64,000 nt of DNA, taken from a virus. The notes beneath the pieces are model-generated. The model was not told the DNA's origin. It was given only the letters and a program-made list of their open reading frames with translations, and did no database searches. Positions 10,479-20,721 of the stretch are shown one piece after another (within the stretch, counting starts at the first letter, position 1; each line of letters begins with the position of its first letter). The stretch is taken from the IMG/VR virus record IMGVR_UViG_3300050821_004356, positions 47,568 to 111,567 of that record. One strand, 5' to 3'. The position numbers and the translations under genes are program-made.

Positions 10479-10908
10479 CTAAGTGCCCGTCTTCTGCAGA
10501 AACAAACTTAAATACGCCGTGCGGGTCCTTGTCGCCTTCGAACTCTATTTGCACAATATCGCGAGTCCAGTTCGTCGGGCAAGTGTGCTCATCGTAGTAG
10601 TATCGCGAGTCTTCTGCGTATTCTTCCGGTGTGTCGTTCTGAGAGTGTGAGTACTTCCAAGCGTTTACCTTGACTGTGATTTTGGGTTCGGTAATAGATT
10701 GAAGGGTGATTGTAACCGGGGTATTCGTCCAACCTGTCAAAGACGTTTCGAAGTCGAACTCCGAGACCCTCTCTATTTTAAAGTTAGCTTGGCACTTGGA
10801 GCACGACCAAGTTGTTTTAAAACCGATAACCAAGTGATCGGCCCGCGAGGAGCCTTCGATACAACCTGGGCACGGAACGTATAGCTGGGTTTTTGCTTGA
10901 ACGACCAT
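10471..10908 (-). CDS. hypothetical Zn-ribbon protein
   Basis: CxxC...CxxC and HTCP. Confidence 0.55.
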   Translation of the reverse strand: MVVQAKTQLYVPCPGCIEGSSRADHLVIGFKTTWSCSKCQANFKIERVSEFDFETSLTGWTNTPVTITLQSITEPKITVKVNAWKYSHSQNDTPEEYAEDSRYYYDEHTCPTNWTRDIVQIEFEGDKDPHGVFKFVSAEDGHLDD

Positions 10909-12384
10909 TTATTTTGCTCCTATCACGTCGTTGATATACTTAACCAGATTCTGCGGCGAGTTACGCGATAAGAAGTCGGGAAAGAACGCTTTGAATTCCT
11001 CCCAATCGTCAACCGTCATGTGCGAGGTAGCCTTGCCCGACTGTCTCTCGGCAAAGAGCCGCAGTTTGGCGCTAGCTCCTCCGATGCCTTCGCTGGGCCG
11101 CATCCCTGCCATCGGGAGTACGTTATTGGCGTACTCACGCAAGAACACGCGGTAGCCTTCTTCTTGTTCCTTCGTCGGCTTGCCTGGGAAGTCTGTACCC
11201 TGATTGGGTACAAGCGTACCCGAAATGGGTACAGACGATAACGAAGAGATTGGCGGCACCGTTGGTGTTGGGGGCGTCAGAGCTTCATGGGGTGTTCCTG
11301 CATACTTAGGGGTTTCGGCGAGAGGAGGCACAGCTGGATTCGCTTGCGTTGGCACAACCGGATTAGCTTGCGTTCGCATAGCCTCGTTAATTTGAAATGC
11401 CACAGCCGCCGGAATAGTGCCTAAAGCCTTCGCTGCTTCGACAATTATCGGATCAGTGGCTTGAGCAGGTGGCGTAGAAACTTGTCCCGGTGAAGACATG
11501 TCAACCGTGTTTCTCTTTTTATTAGGTCCCCGTGGTTTGCGGGCCTTCTTAACAGGCTCTGTCGATGCTGTTTCACTTGTTTGGGGTGTTTCAACGTTTG
11601 CTGAAACAGGTGTATATAATGAGCCCGGTAATCCTGCTTCGGCTTCGGCCAAAACCTGTTTCGTTACGTCTTTGCTGTGCAGTTGTCGGATGGCCTCGTC
11701 GCGCATTTCCTGCATAGACGGCTTGGCTGACTCTGGTGCTTTCAAGTTATTATAAGAGCCATAACGATCTGGGTCGATTGGCTTCTCGTGTGCGATAGTT
11801 CCTTCGTTATGATTAATTGTAGTCGAGACGGTCACGTCTTTACCAGGTGCTGGGTTCGGCGAAATCTTTGGCATCGGTGGGAAGACTACCGAAGTGCTAG
11901 CGAGTTGCACGTCCGGTGCAGGCGCAGATAGCGGCGCGTCTTGATTCACTTCAGAATAATCGAGAATTCCCAAACCTACAAACTTTAACGTTAATCGACG
12001 TCCCGCCCGGGTCTCTGCGGTCGCCACAGCTGCTGCAAGCTTCTCGCCCTTGAGACCTTCGGTAGAGTGTGCGCCGACTGCGATCTCTTGGCGACCGTTT
12101 TTATCTTTACCTACGGCTGTGAAGCTGACGTAACCAGGGCCGTCGTGCTGCGTCAAGCTGATAACGTTGATCTCGCGCTGACTGCGCAAAACATCGGTGG
12201 TGCCTCGGCGAGCATATAGCTGCAGCTTTTTCATACCTGTGCCTTCGTCGGCGATCCACAAAATGTCGAACCAGTTAGTGGCCGGATCGAGACCGAAGAA
12301 TTCGGAGACGTCGCGTTTGTATTGGTCCCGCTGTGCGTCGTTCAACGTCTCAAGATTGTAGACGATACTAAAATTTTTGCTCAT
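10909..12384 (-). CDS. RecT/Red-beta-like ssDNA annealing protein with Pro-rich linker
   Basis: GLDP, LQLYA, AETRAGRR.TL..GLG.LD.SE pattern; start taken at MSKNF (ATGA overlap). Confidence 0.6.
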   Translation of the reverse strand: MSKNFSIVYNLETLNDAQRDQYKRDVSEFFGLDPATNWFDILWIADEGTGMKKLQLYARRGTTDVLRSQREINVISLTQHDGPGYVSFTAVGKDKNGRQEIAVGAHSTEGLKGEKLAAAVATAETRAGRRLTLKFVGLGILDYSEVNQDAPLSAPAPDVQLASTSVVFPPMPKISPNPAPGKDVTVSTTINHNEGTIAHEKPIDPDRYGSYNNLKAPESAKPSMQEMRDEAIRQLHSKDVTKQVLAEAEAGLPGSLYTPVSANVETPQTSETASTEPVKKARKPRGPNKKRNTVDMSSPGQVSTPPAQATDPIIVEAAKALGTIPAAVAFQINEAMRTQANPVVPTQANPAVPPLAETPKYAGTPHEALTPPTPTVPPISSLSSVPISGTLVPNQGTDFPGKPTKEQEEGYRVFLREYANNVLPMAGMRPSEGIGGASAKLRLFAERQSGKATSHMTVDDWEEFKAFFPDFLSRNSPQNLVKYINDVIGAK

Positions 12385-12584
12385 GCCTTCTCCTCGTTCA
12401 ACATTTGACAAATGGCCTCTGCAACGGCCACCGTCTTTTCTCTATTGCGAAACATCCCCATTGTCACTTCGACTGCAATGTCGTTGGGATAAACTTGCTT
12501 TCCCATCGGCGAAATCCTGTCTCGAATCACTATGTTCGATTTCGGGTTGCCATCTGAGTCAACAGTATAGCGGTCAATCTTCAT
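12381..12584 (-). CDS. hypothetical protein
   Basis: Coupled ORF. Confidence 0.5.
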   Translation of the reverse strand: MKIDRYTVDSDGNPKSNIVIRDRISPMGKQVYPNDIAVEVTMGMFRNREKTVAVAEAICQMLNEEKA

Positions 12585-12805
12585 GATTTTGCCTCGATGT
12601 CCTTACCGATTGCCTTTAGTTGCTTCAGACTGTACGACTTGACATCACCGTATGGCGCGATGATTATCGGAACCAGAAATTTAAGCTTGATGGCTTCACC
12701 GGCGCGGACTAGCGTCTCTGCTGCGCGATGGTCTCGGACAACAACGATATCGCCAAACTTCAAACGCAAACGTTTAATCTCTATCAGCAGCTTCTTTTTG
12801 CTCAT
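12581..12805 (-). CDS. hypothetical protein
   Basis: GGAGA RBS downstream of a sigma70-type promoter. Confidence 0.6.
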   Translation of the reverse strand: MSKKKLLIEIKRLRLKFGDIVVVRDHRAAETLVRAGEAIKLKFLVPIIIAPYGDVKSYSLKQLKAIGKDIEAKS

Positions 12806-12824
12806 ATTTTCTCCAATTTAAACG

Positions 12825-12853
12825 ATAGTACCATGACTTTTGTAGCTTGTCAA
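12825..12853 (-). promoter_or_regulatory. sigma70-type promoter
   Basis: TTGACA-17nt-TACTAT with extended TG. Confidence 0.75.
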
Positions 12854-12854
12854 G

Positions 12855-13907
12855 CTATTTGTGATAGAACGAATCCTGAAATCCATCTGCACCTAAAAGT
12901 AAGCCCGGTGCCCAATCGACAGGCGCGCTCATAATATCGATCATGTCGTTTACCCCTGGGCTGAACGGATCGTTGGGAACCAAGCATAGGCCTTCGTCGT
13001 GAAAGTGACCGACCACGGGGCAATCAATTTTCTCGAATTCTAGGAGCTTCACGGCCAAGACGTCGCGGGCAATTCCCTGGACTGCGTTTTGATATTCGTG
13101 ACCACCGTGCGTGTGGATAGACGTCCATTTGCCGGTTGTCTGATCTTCGGTTGCGTACCACAAAGCCGGTCGGTACACAGGGCCGCCTTCTTTGTCTGTC
13201 CAAGGCATCAACGTGTTTTGAACATATGCGTCTAGATAATGAAGCCTTCTACCTGATGGTAGCGTCATTCGCATAATTGGGTTGCGGCCGGTTACGTTCA
13301 GCCTATCGATCTTTACGCAATTATTAGGACCAAGATATCGCACGGTAGCTGGATGCGCCGGGTCCATTACGTCAAGAATTGCTTCTTCGAATTTAACCCA
13401 TATGCCCTTTACGTTATCACCGAATCCGTTGCCACAAATCTCAGGATAAGCGTTTCTAAAAACTTCGGTACCTGTGTGGGCCTCTTGTAAACTCATGTCG
13501 ATGCCCATACCTCGCGCGTACCCGAATAGCCCGGTGCGAACTCGGTCGTATATTTTCTCGCCTGTTACCTCGTCAATGTAAGATGCTTTACCTTGCCCCC
13601 AACCGCCACCACCCATGCGATAAAGAGACGCTAAAACTGGAACCTTAGCCTTTTGTCGTTTTATCTTAGCCTCGGTTTTGGCTTCTTTACCGTTACGACC
13701 TTCCTTGCTCGCCCAAAGCGTTTCGTACGGCGTCGAATACAGCTTGGCGGCAAAAGATAAATAGGGATCGCGGCCGTTGCGATGGAATTTATCAAATTGA
13801 TCTGTATACGGTTGAAATACATTAAGTAGTGATGGACATTCAGCAAGCCAACTTCCCACCCTGGTTTCTATAGCGTTGAGGTCAGCCGCTTGAAGACGGG
13901 TGCTCAT
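12855..13907 (-). CDS. family A DNA polymerase, C-terminal part (motifs A, B, C)
   Basis: ADLNAIETR (A), RQKAKVPVLASLY (B; Leu at the E. coli 762-equivalent), QNAVQGIARD, HFHDE (C). Confidence 0.92.
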   Translation of the reverse strand: MSTRLQAADLNAIETRVGSWLAECPSLLNVFQPYTDQFDKFHRNGRDPYLSFAAKLYSTPYETLWASKEGRNGKEAKTEAKIKRQKAKVPVLASLYRMGGGGWGQGKASYIDEVTGEKIYDRVRTGLFGYARGMGIDMSLQEAHTGTEVFRNAYPEICGNGFGDNVKGIWVKFEEAILDVMDPAHPATVRYLGPNNCVKIDRLNVTGRNPIMRMTLPSGRRLHYLDAYVQNTLMPWTDKEGGPVYRPALWYATEDQTTGKWTSIHTHGGHEYQNAVQGIARDVLAVKLLEFEKIDCPVVGHFHDEGLCLVPNDPFSPGVNDMIDIMSAPVDWAPGLLLGADGFQDSFYHK

Positions 13908-14473
13908 TGTTTTTCCCTAGCGTAATCTTCCATCTCGGCTGCCCAATTAGCCACTTTCATGATTTGTACAGGGGTTGCGTTTGACTTAATCATATTCGCT
14001 AATCTGGATATTACAAAGCAATTTTCTTTTGTGTACCCTAACTCTGGAGCGAATCTATCTAAACTAGCTGAATCGCTCTGTGGAATTCGACAGGACAGGT
14101 TGTACGGCATACCCAATACAGGGCAAACACCATCGCCAATTAAATAAAGAATATTTTCTTTAGTAATCGTACACGGTACCCCCTTCCTCTTAGCTCTTGA
14201 TTTTGCGCAGTATAATAGTCTAGTTGCCATAACGCTAAAACCACCGCACTCTTTACACGATTCTACTTGTCTTGAATGCTCACAGATGCCGTTGCCTCGA
14301 CAAATTCGGCAGCGGTCTTTTCTGACAACGTGGGTACACAAAGAGCCCCCACCGCAATTCTCGCATAGGCTTTTACGTTTACCGTGTTTACAAAAATCTG
14401 AGCCCCCGCAGTCTCTACAGTAGTATTTTAGTTTACCGTGAACGCAGGTATTTCTCTTGGTCAATGTGGTCAC
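13904..14473 (-). CDS. homing-type HNH-like endonuclease with CxHG Zn-repeats
   Basis: CxH..K..C..CGG repeats, AKSRAK, CPVLG, SLDR...GY..N..VIS..AN..K; GTG start overlaps the upstream stop. Confidence 0.8.
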   Translation of the reverse strand: MTTLTKRNTCVHGKLKYYCRDCGGSDFCKHGKRKSLCENCGGGSLCTHVVRKDRCRICRGNGICEHSRQVESCKECGGFSVMATRLLYCAKSRAKRKGVPCTITKENILYLIGDGVCPVLGMPYNLSCRIPQSDSASLDRFAPELGYTKENCFVISRLANMIKSNATPVQIMKVANWAAEMEDYAREKQ

Positions 14474-14676
14474 TTTAACTCCGTATAAGCCAGCCATTGA
14501 AGTGCTGTGTCTTGAAGCATGTGGGCGATCCACAAAGGGACGTGTTTACGGTGAACAAATATTACAGTATCCGGTTCCCCATGCCAAGCTATCATCTGCC
14601 GAGCTCTTTCGATTGCTGACTCTTTTGTGTCGTACAAAGGCTCGCCATCTTCTTCGCTGAATCCTGAGAATGCCAT
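14470..14676 (-). CDS. hypothetical protein between the polymerase halves
   Basis: TAATG overlap upstream and GTGA overlap downstream. Confidence 0.55.
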   Translation of the reverse strand: MAFSGFSEEDGEPLYDTKESAIERARQMIAWHGEPDTVIFVHRKHVPLWIAHMLQDTALQWLAYTELK

Positions 14677-15902
14677 TATTTGCTCCCGGGCGCAACGAAC
14701 ACAGTGCGCAATAATGATTTTATAACTTCTAATACGTTTCCGTATTTATCCTTAATTCCCTGGTAGTCTTCGGCATATATAAGCCGTCTCGCTTCCACGA
14801 TCACTTCCATCTCTTCGAAGTCGTATCCGTTTACGTTCTTGGGCGGCGAAGGCCGGGGAAAATTTTGAGGCTGCATACCGGCACCTGACCACCTGCCGCA
14901 ACGAGAACTCCCGAGATATATGAACTGATTACGACACACGCCGTCTGGGCAAATGTGGCGCATAATGGCTGCCAGTTTGGTATAGCTATTAGAACCAGCT
15001 GTCAATCTGGCCGTGAGAACCGTACGGCATTCTTCTGTTAAAACAATTTCAGAGTCACTCAATACGCTTTCAATGAAACTCTTATTCAACGTATTGTACG
15101 GATAACCACGTTCCCTAACCCAAGGGAGCAACTGATCTCGGCTGTTGGCATTCGCCAAACCTGTTAGTTTATTTTGACTTTCGAGCGAGTCGGCTTTTGC
15201 TTTTAACGCAATCTTGTACGCCTTTTGCGCAAATTCTAAATCAGTGGGCACGCCACGGTCGTTCACCGTCTGATCGAATATCCAAAGCTTGCGTTCGAAC
15301 TCAGGCATCGGCATCGCTTCCAAAATCTCTAATCGGCGCATCACTTCTTCTTCAGCGTCGACGTCGCGCTTACAATAATCTGCGAACTGTTCCCACTCAA
15401 CCGGATGACTGTTCCAATCATTGAAGTAAGGCTCGCCTTGCGGTTCACCTTTCTTCTTTTTCGGATACTTCGGCTTACTGAATAAATCGATCAAAGCGTC
15501 ACCGCGTTTATCCTTCGTTAAGTGCGCCGGTACGTTTAAGATTTCGCATACAGACTCCAAGTCCGCAGGAAGGGTTAGATAACGAGCGCCAACTTGGGGG
15601 TCTATGAATCGTTCGGGCGGGAGTTTGATACTGAGCAAAAACTGCAAGCAATAGCGTTCGAAGGCGCTATTAAACGCTTCGACTAAAACACTAGGATCGA
15701 GCAACGCTGCGCGTAACTCTTCGGGCATCGGGCCTTGGTGCGGCTGCCAGAGCTTCGTGACGGTTTCACTTGGAAGCTTGTAAGCCATCATCAAGATTCG
15801 AGTCAGCGGATGACAGATATAATTATAGAGACCGACGCCCTTCTGGCCGCCGATCTCGAAGAGTCCGCGTGTTTCGAAGTCGATTTTTAGCACTTTTTGC
15901 AT
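14676..15902 (-). CDS. family A DNA polymerase, N-terminal part (3'-5' exonuclease and thumb)
   Basis: DFET (ExoI), AFNSAFER (ExoII), YCKRD (ExoIII), GRWSG..QPQN, ends LRTVFVAP. Confidence 0.92.
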   Translation of the reverse strand: MQKVLKIDFETRGLFEIGGQKGVGLYNYICHPLTRILMMAYKLPSETVTKLWQPHQGPMPEELRAALLDPSVLVEAFNSAFERYCLQFLLSIKLPPERFIDPQVGARYLTLPADLESVCEILNVPAHLTKDKRGDALIDLFSKPKYPKKKKGEPQGEPYFNDWNSHPVEWEQFADYCKRDVDAEEEVMRRLEILEAMPMPEFERKLWIFDQTVNDRGVPTDLEFAQKAYKIALKAKADSLESQNKLTGLANANSRDQLLPWVRERGYPYNTLNKSFIESVLSDSEIVLTEECRTVLTARLTAGSNSYTKLAAIMRHICPDGVCRNQFIYLGSSRCGRWSGAGMQPQNFPRPSPPKNVNGYDFEEMEVIVEARRLIYAEDYQGIKDKYGNVLEVIKSLLRTVFVAPGSK

Positions 15903-17972
15903 TTAGACTTCTTCAACGTCCCTCTTAATTAGCACTTGAGTGAAAAAAGGGTCGCCTTTCTTGCCGGTGCCTTCTTGACGAATGATTCCTGCCTTCACGA
16001 GTCCGTAAAAAGCTGTGTTCCACATCGACGTTCCTGCTCTGTCGGCATGACATAATCTCATTAGCTCGCGCGTCAACAGCCGACCTTTGTGCATTTCTAG
16101 CTTCGCACGAATGCGCATTTGCAAGGCTGCTTCCCTGGTGTCGGCATCATAGGACTTCAAGAATTCCTTCACAGCAATTTCATACCGCACAATGTCAACG
16201 CCGCGATCCACGCACTCGTCGTCTATAGAATCGAGCCCCAGGTCAACCGCTAGAGCCAAGGCCCACTTAACAGCGCGGTCGGTGTACCGGCTACCCTTTG
16301 CAACTAGCTGCTGCAAATTAGGATTGTTAATATTTTCTAACTCGAACGTGCCCCTTTGAACTGCTCGGTCGATTAACTGGCGAGTCTTCGACGATCCTGA
16401 TAAAAAATCCGTTGTAACTTTTAATCTTTGTGCAGGTAGTACCTCTGGTTGGAATACGAACATTGTACGGTCGTTCAAACCCGTATCCTCGCCCGACATC
16501 TTAGACCACAGGTCTTGAAACGTTTCATCCGTGCAGCTAGTAATCAAGCTTGCACAATAAGAGCTCGGCTCCAAAGAGTACGCTTCTTTGCCACTCTTCA
16601 CCAAGTTGCTAAATTTCTTAGACTCATACATCGTAAGCAAACCTGACGAAAGTGCGCTTCCGTCGATACCCGCCTTCTTGGTTAGCTGCGAGAGCTCTTC
16701 GAAGAAAACGATTGCGTTAGTCGTGTTGGTTTTCTGCATCTCAACGCCAAGGCCTTCTAGCGAACCAGGCGTGAATACCAGCGAGCGGCCTTCGGCTGTC
16801 TTAACGTCTCGGCCAGAATGTGCCAAGCAACCGATGTAGTTAAAATATTGCATAGCGTCGTCGATTGAAAAGGACTTATGCGTTTCACCTCGCTTACCAA
16901 TCAAGACCATGTAGATACTACCAATGAAAGGGCCGACGCCGAATCCTTTGATTTGTGTTTTTATTTTTGTCCCGAGATAGTTTAGCAGCATCATTGTTGC
17001 TGGTAGCCACATGAAATAATCTATTCGGGAGTTTTGTTCACAAACAGGCTTCACGAAGTTTTCGTAGATACTCGTGCCTGCCCAAACGTACCTGGGGAAA
17101 ACAGGATAGCTCATCGCGCCAAAATCCGGAAGCTCCACGACTTCATCAGTCGTTGTAGGAATTTGAATATCCGGTTTCTGATTTAAAATAATATCGGCGA
17201 CAGGATTTGGTTCGTACTTTTCGAACGAGCGAGCCACTTGACGGATTTTAGTTTCGTCGAGCGGAGGGGCACAGTTTTTATGCGCTAGTTCTATCAATGC
17301 GTTTTCTAATGTGTCGCCGCCTAGACCTACTGCACGCAGGCGGCCCGCTTGACTTACCAACCAACCGTGAATATAGCCGTGCTCGATTAAACCCTTAGCA
17401 TCTTGTGGATAATCGCCGCCCTTTGCTGGAATCTTTTCTGTTTTTTGCGCCAATAGCCAATCAATAAGCCATTGTGGCGCAGGAGCAGGTTGTACCCCGG
17501 GCGTTAAACAAACGTACGGTTCTTTTGAATGGGGGTGGATCGAGCCAGCTGCGACGCAGTACATGTTATTAACGCGGACGGAAAAGTCCCCGTGTTTTAC
17601 GTAGGATTGTGAGATGTTGCCCATCGCGAGCGCGGCGGGGGTATTTCTAAAATAAATATGTCCCCTGCCCATTCTCGATCTCACGAGATACGTCGGGACT
17701 TCGGCCGTTAAACTGTGTCCTGTTTCTGCTTCGATACGGCCAAGCACTTCGGGCGCGTCGACTTCAAACATCCACACCCCGTCTGGCGTACCCTTGGCTA
17801 CAGCGGCCGCGTTGATGTTTCCATACGCGCGATCCCAAGCTTCGATTTGCGCCACATCCGTTGTAGCCGACGTCGGCCAATCAGGTAGGAAAGCTGCTTT
17901 CGAATTTGCCCCGACCGGCGTGACAGGAATTCCAAGCGCCGATAAAGGTAATGCGATATCACGAAAACCCAT
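15903..17972 (-). CDS. bifunctional primase-polymerase / PriCT / helicase-like fusion
   Basis: N-terminal PrimPol (ATTD..QI..W, RGHIYF, VAAGSIHP), PPLDETKI PriCT-like segment, C-terminal P-loop-like (GKRGETHKS, FFEE). Confidence 0.8.
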   Translation of the reverse strand: MGFRDIALPLSALGIPVTPVGANSKAAFLPDWPTSATTDVAQIEAWDRAYGNINAAAVAKGTPDGVWMFEVDAPEVLGRIEAETGHSLTAEVPTYLVRSRMGRGHIYFRNTPAALAMGNISQSYVKHGDFSVRVNNMYCVAAGSIHPHSKEPYVCLTPGVQPAPAPQWLIDWLLAQKTEKIPAKGGDYPQDAKGLIEHGYIHGWLVSQAGRLRAVGLGGDTLENALIELAHKNCAPPLDETKIRQVARSFEKYEPNPVADIILNQKPDIQIPTTTDEVVELPDFGAMSYPVFPRYVWAGTSIYENFVKPVCEQNSRIDYFMWLPATMMLLNYLGTKIKTQIKGFGVGPFIGSIYMVLIGKRGETHKSFSIDDAMQYFNYIGCLAHSGRDVKTAEGRSLVFTPGSLEGLGVEMQKTNTTNAIVFFEELSQLTKKAGIDGSALSSGLLTMYESKKFSNLVKSGKEAYSLEPSSYCASLITSCTDETFQDLWSKMSGEDTGLNDRTMFVFQPEVLPAQRLKVTTDFLSGSSKTRQLIDRAVQRGTFELENINNPNLQQLVAKGSRYTDRAVKWALALAVDLGLDSIDDECVDRGVDIVRYEIAVKEFLKSYDADTREAALQMRIRAKLEMHKGRLLTRELMRLCHADRAGTSMWNTAFYGLVKAGIIRQEGTGKKGDPFFTQVLIKRDVEEV

Positions 17973-18079
17973 TGTCTCTCTATCTTAATACAAACTCGGA
18001 TAAAATGCAATAAAATACCGCGCGCTCTGGCGCGGACGTCAAGCCTTCTTTCAGGTGGGCTTTCACCGCCGAGGGAAAG

Positions 18080-18751
18080 TTAGAAGGGGCGAGGGCCTGT
18101 TGGGGCTGCCGCCGGTGTACCCGCGTTCAAGTCCACAGTCTTGCCTTGATTAGCCAAAGCTGCTGCTAGCTGGGCTTGTAGAGCCGCGATATCCACGGTA
18201 GATGCTGCAGGAGCCTGCTGAGCCTGTTGGGCTGCTGCAGGCGTCGCATACGTCTGCACGGTGGTGCCCTGAGGACCAGCTTGGGTCTTGGGGCGGTTCT
18301 TGAAGCGCACGTAGTTGGCCGGGATCGGGGGCGCGACCATACCGGCTTGGATTGGACCGATGCCGTCAACGTTGATGTACGGGTCGTTGGGGTCCTTGGG
18401 ATTCGGGTTTTGAACCAACACGAGAATGTTGCTACGGCCGATAACCAGCTGTTCTAGCTGTTCAGTCGACGTCACCAAAGGCGGTGCTTGTCCGAGAATC
18501 TGCGTCAAACGCTTAGGCAATTCAGCCTTTCCACCCATATTAGCTGCCCAAATTCCAACTGCTTCAACCGGTGAGCCGTCTTTGCCAATATACAGCTGAC
18601 CGTTGAGATGTGCTAACACCCAGTGAATGCGGACTTTGTTTTTGATGCCGTATGCGGTTTGGACATTAGGCATTTCGACCAAGTCCACCGCAGTTGCCAA
18701 GTACATGCCCGGTGCCGGTTTTTCGAATTTCTTGCCCTGAAGTACTTCCAT
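18080..18751 (-). CDS. putative phage ssDNA-binding/replication protein
   Basis: FEKPAPGMYLA OB-like start, low-complexity tail ending in PF, next to the primase. Confidence 0.55.
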   Translation of the reverse strand: MEVLQGKKFEKPAPGMYLATAVDLVEMPNVQTAYGIKNKVRIHWVLAHLNGQLYIGKDGSPVEAVGIWAANMGGKAELPKRLTQILGQAPPLVTSTEQLEQLVIGRSNILVLVQNPNPKDPNDPYINVDGIGPIQAGMVAPPIPANYVRFKNRPKTQAGPQGTTVQTYATPAAAQQAQQAPAASTVDIAALQAQLAAALANQGKTVDLNAGTPAAAPTGPRPF

Positions 18752-18767
18752 GTTTTATTTCTCCTTG

Positions 18768-19511
18768 TTAATCATCTCTCAAACTTTCGAGTGTTATTTC
18801 TTTTGGAGCTATTGCTATGGCGAACGGCACCTTTGTTGCGAGTGCTTGAACGTCCATTTCCTTCACTGCCGACCACCAAACGCGAGCATTAGGATTCCAC
18901 CTGAAGCCCGCTTTCCTTGCTGCCTTGTTTGCTGCTTGATCCCTCCCTTGCTGGCTTAGAATTACAAGCGTCGGACTAGCCGCGCGTTCTGCGACTTTCT
19001 CGATGTCATAATTTGAAACCAGCTTGATTACTGCCTTTGCGTCATCTTCGGCGCTATGCGCATTTGGATTCAAAAAGCCCGCCTTTGCGCACATCGTTAC
19101 TAACTGCTCTCCCTTCGTATTGGGTAGATCGGTCATAGTATCCATGACCAATTTCATAGGAGCGAGATCGATACCCTCACGCTTGGCAGTATTCCGGATC
19201 ATCGGAAGGTCGAACCACAAAATATTGTGACCTATTACCGCGTCAGCTTGTAATACGTATTCGTTGAAGGTCTCGATCCCGCTTTTTTGGGGGTACCCAA
19301 ACTTATCTAAAGCACTTTGTGTAATGCCAGTTAAACCTGTAATCTCGTCGGAAACTTTAACGTCTGATTCTAAGAGAAAGCCTGTGCTTTCAAGAATTTT
19401 GTTTTGGCCTGTTGAGTAAAGCACAAGTCCGAATTCAATAATTCGGTCGTTTTGTTTATCCAATCCCGTGCTCTCGATGTCGACGGATGCTAAAATCACG
19501 GTGTTCTCCAA
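18768..19511 (-). CDS. DEDDh 3'-5' exonuclease (DnaQ-like)
   Basis: DIESTG, GHN..FD, HSAEDD. Confidence 0.9.
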   Translation of the reverse strand: MENTVILASVDIESTGLDKQNDRIIEFGLVLYSTGQNKILESTGFLLESDVKVSDEITGLTGITQSALDKFGYPQKSGIETFNEYVLQADAVIGHNILWFDLPMIRNTAKREGIDLAPMKLVMDTMTDLPNTKGEQLVTMCAKAGFLNPNAHSAEDDAKAVIKLVSNYDIEKVAERAASPTLVILSQQGRDQAANKAARKAGFRWNPNARVWWSAVKEMDVQALATKVPFAIAIAPKEITLESLRDD

Positions 19512-20020
19512 TTTAGAACTGATGGCTTCAGGCCTTTGATTGGGCCTTCGTTCTCTTTTAACGGGAGTGTGCCGGTTTCGCTTTCATCGCGACGCAAATC
19601 TTTATATCTGAATTCACCTCGTCCTGCCTCCTGTCCCATGAACTCCGGTACGATGCGCTCCGACGAAGATGCGTGCTCTACCGATCTTCCCCATAGCTTT
19701 AAAGCGTACTGCCATTTAAAACTAAACTTGGGATTATTACTCCACGCTTCGAACGGGCAGTAAGCGCACCAAATCTTTTCGCTACTATCGATAAACACAT
19801 GACGATGAACGCTACTATCTCTGCCTGTCTGTCTACCGTACCGACCACCTTTTGAATGCTGGCAGTTTTGCTGGCGATTAAAACTTCTACACAGGCCTTG
19901 AAAATCCCAATCAAGTCGTTGCCGTTGTCTCGTTTTAGCCGGTTGGGCCGCCAATTTCTTTTCTTTTTCTATCATTAGTGCGAGAAGCTTGTCGAGAAGT
20001 TCTTTATTAGGTACGCTCAT
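19496..20020 (-). CDS. hypothetical protein
   Basis: Coupled ORF with CxH..CxxC. Confidence 0.55.
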   Translation of the reverse strand: MSVPNKELLDKLLALMIEKEKKLAAQPAKTRQRQRLDWDFQGLCRSFNRQQNCQHSKGGRYGRQTGRDSSVHRHVFIDSSEKIWCAYCPFEAWSNNPKFSFKWQYALKLWGRSVEHASSSERIVPEFMGQEAGRGEFRYKDLRRDESETGTLPLKENEGPIKGLKPSVLNWRTP

Positions 20021-20370
20021 TGCTTCCTCACCTTATTCCCGCTCTTGTCGACAAACTCACCTTCGTGCTCTGGATCAGGTTGCGGCATCTCTACGGTTGT
20101 TGCCTTAACTTCCGATTCGAAGTAAGTCAACATGTGCATCGGAACCCAAACGCGTTTAGACTGCTTGCCTTGCGTCTCGTGGTTGGGCTCCAGCCTTGCG
20201 ATCATGCCACCATTCTCCGTAATAGCCTTTAAACGTTGCATAATACGCTCTGCTAACTCGGCCGGGGTCTCCACGTCATCAACGAAGACTTGATGAATCG
20301 CATTAGGCAACAGCACTGGCTTTCTCGTTAAGTCGAGATGACCGGTGATCGTAGAGTGAAAGGTTGGCAT
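20017..20370 (-). CDS. hypothetical protein
   Basis: Coupled ORF. Confidence 0.6.
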   Translation of the reverse strand: MPTFHSTITGHLDLTRKPVLLPNAIHQVFVDDVETPAELAERIMQRLKAITENGGMIARLEPNHETQGKQSKRVWVPMHMLTYFESEVKATTVEMPQPDPEHEGEFVDKSGNKVRKQ

Positions 20371-20372
20371 AA

Positions 20373-20720
20373 TTATCCCAATACTATCGGGCCGCCAGTA
20401 CCACTCTTCAAATTAGCGTCGGAAACAACGGCTGCTGCCGCCGCTTGGGCTGCCGCTGCCACAGCTGCCGCATTGCCTGCTTCGATGATCTTCTTCGGTA
20501 CAGGGATGTTGTGCAAGCCAGCGCGGATTCCGCTAATCTCGCAAACATCATCGTGGTACAAAAGCACGCGACCATCTGGTGTTTGAACGAGTCGAATCCC
20601 CTTCATCCACTCGTTGCCTGGTCGGGTGGGTACTTCTTTCCCTTCGGCTGGGTTAAAGGTGACTGTTTTATTGCATTCCGGTCCGTCACACGTCAGTGTT
20701 TTAGTGTCTATAGCGGGCAT
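20373..20720 (-). CDS. hypothetical protein
   Basis: AGGAGA RBS; CDxxxC motif. Confidence 0.6.
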   Translation of the reverse strand: MPAIDTKTLTCDGPECNKTVTFNPAEGKEVPTRPGNEWMKGIRLVQTPDGRVLLYHDDVCEISGIRAGLHNIPVPKKIIEAGNAAAVAAAAQAAAAAVVSDANLKSGTGGPIVLG

Positions 20721-20721
20721 T

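Noticed and set aside
13908-14675. Group I intron or intein in the polymerase
   Set aside because: No P7-type core like that of the capsid introns, no intein terminal residues, and the space is filled by coupled ORFs
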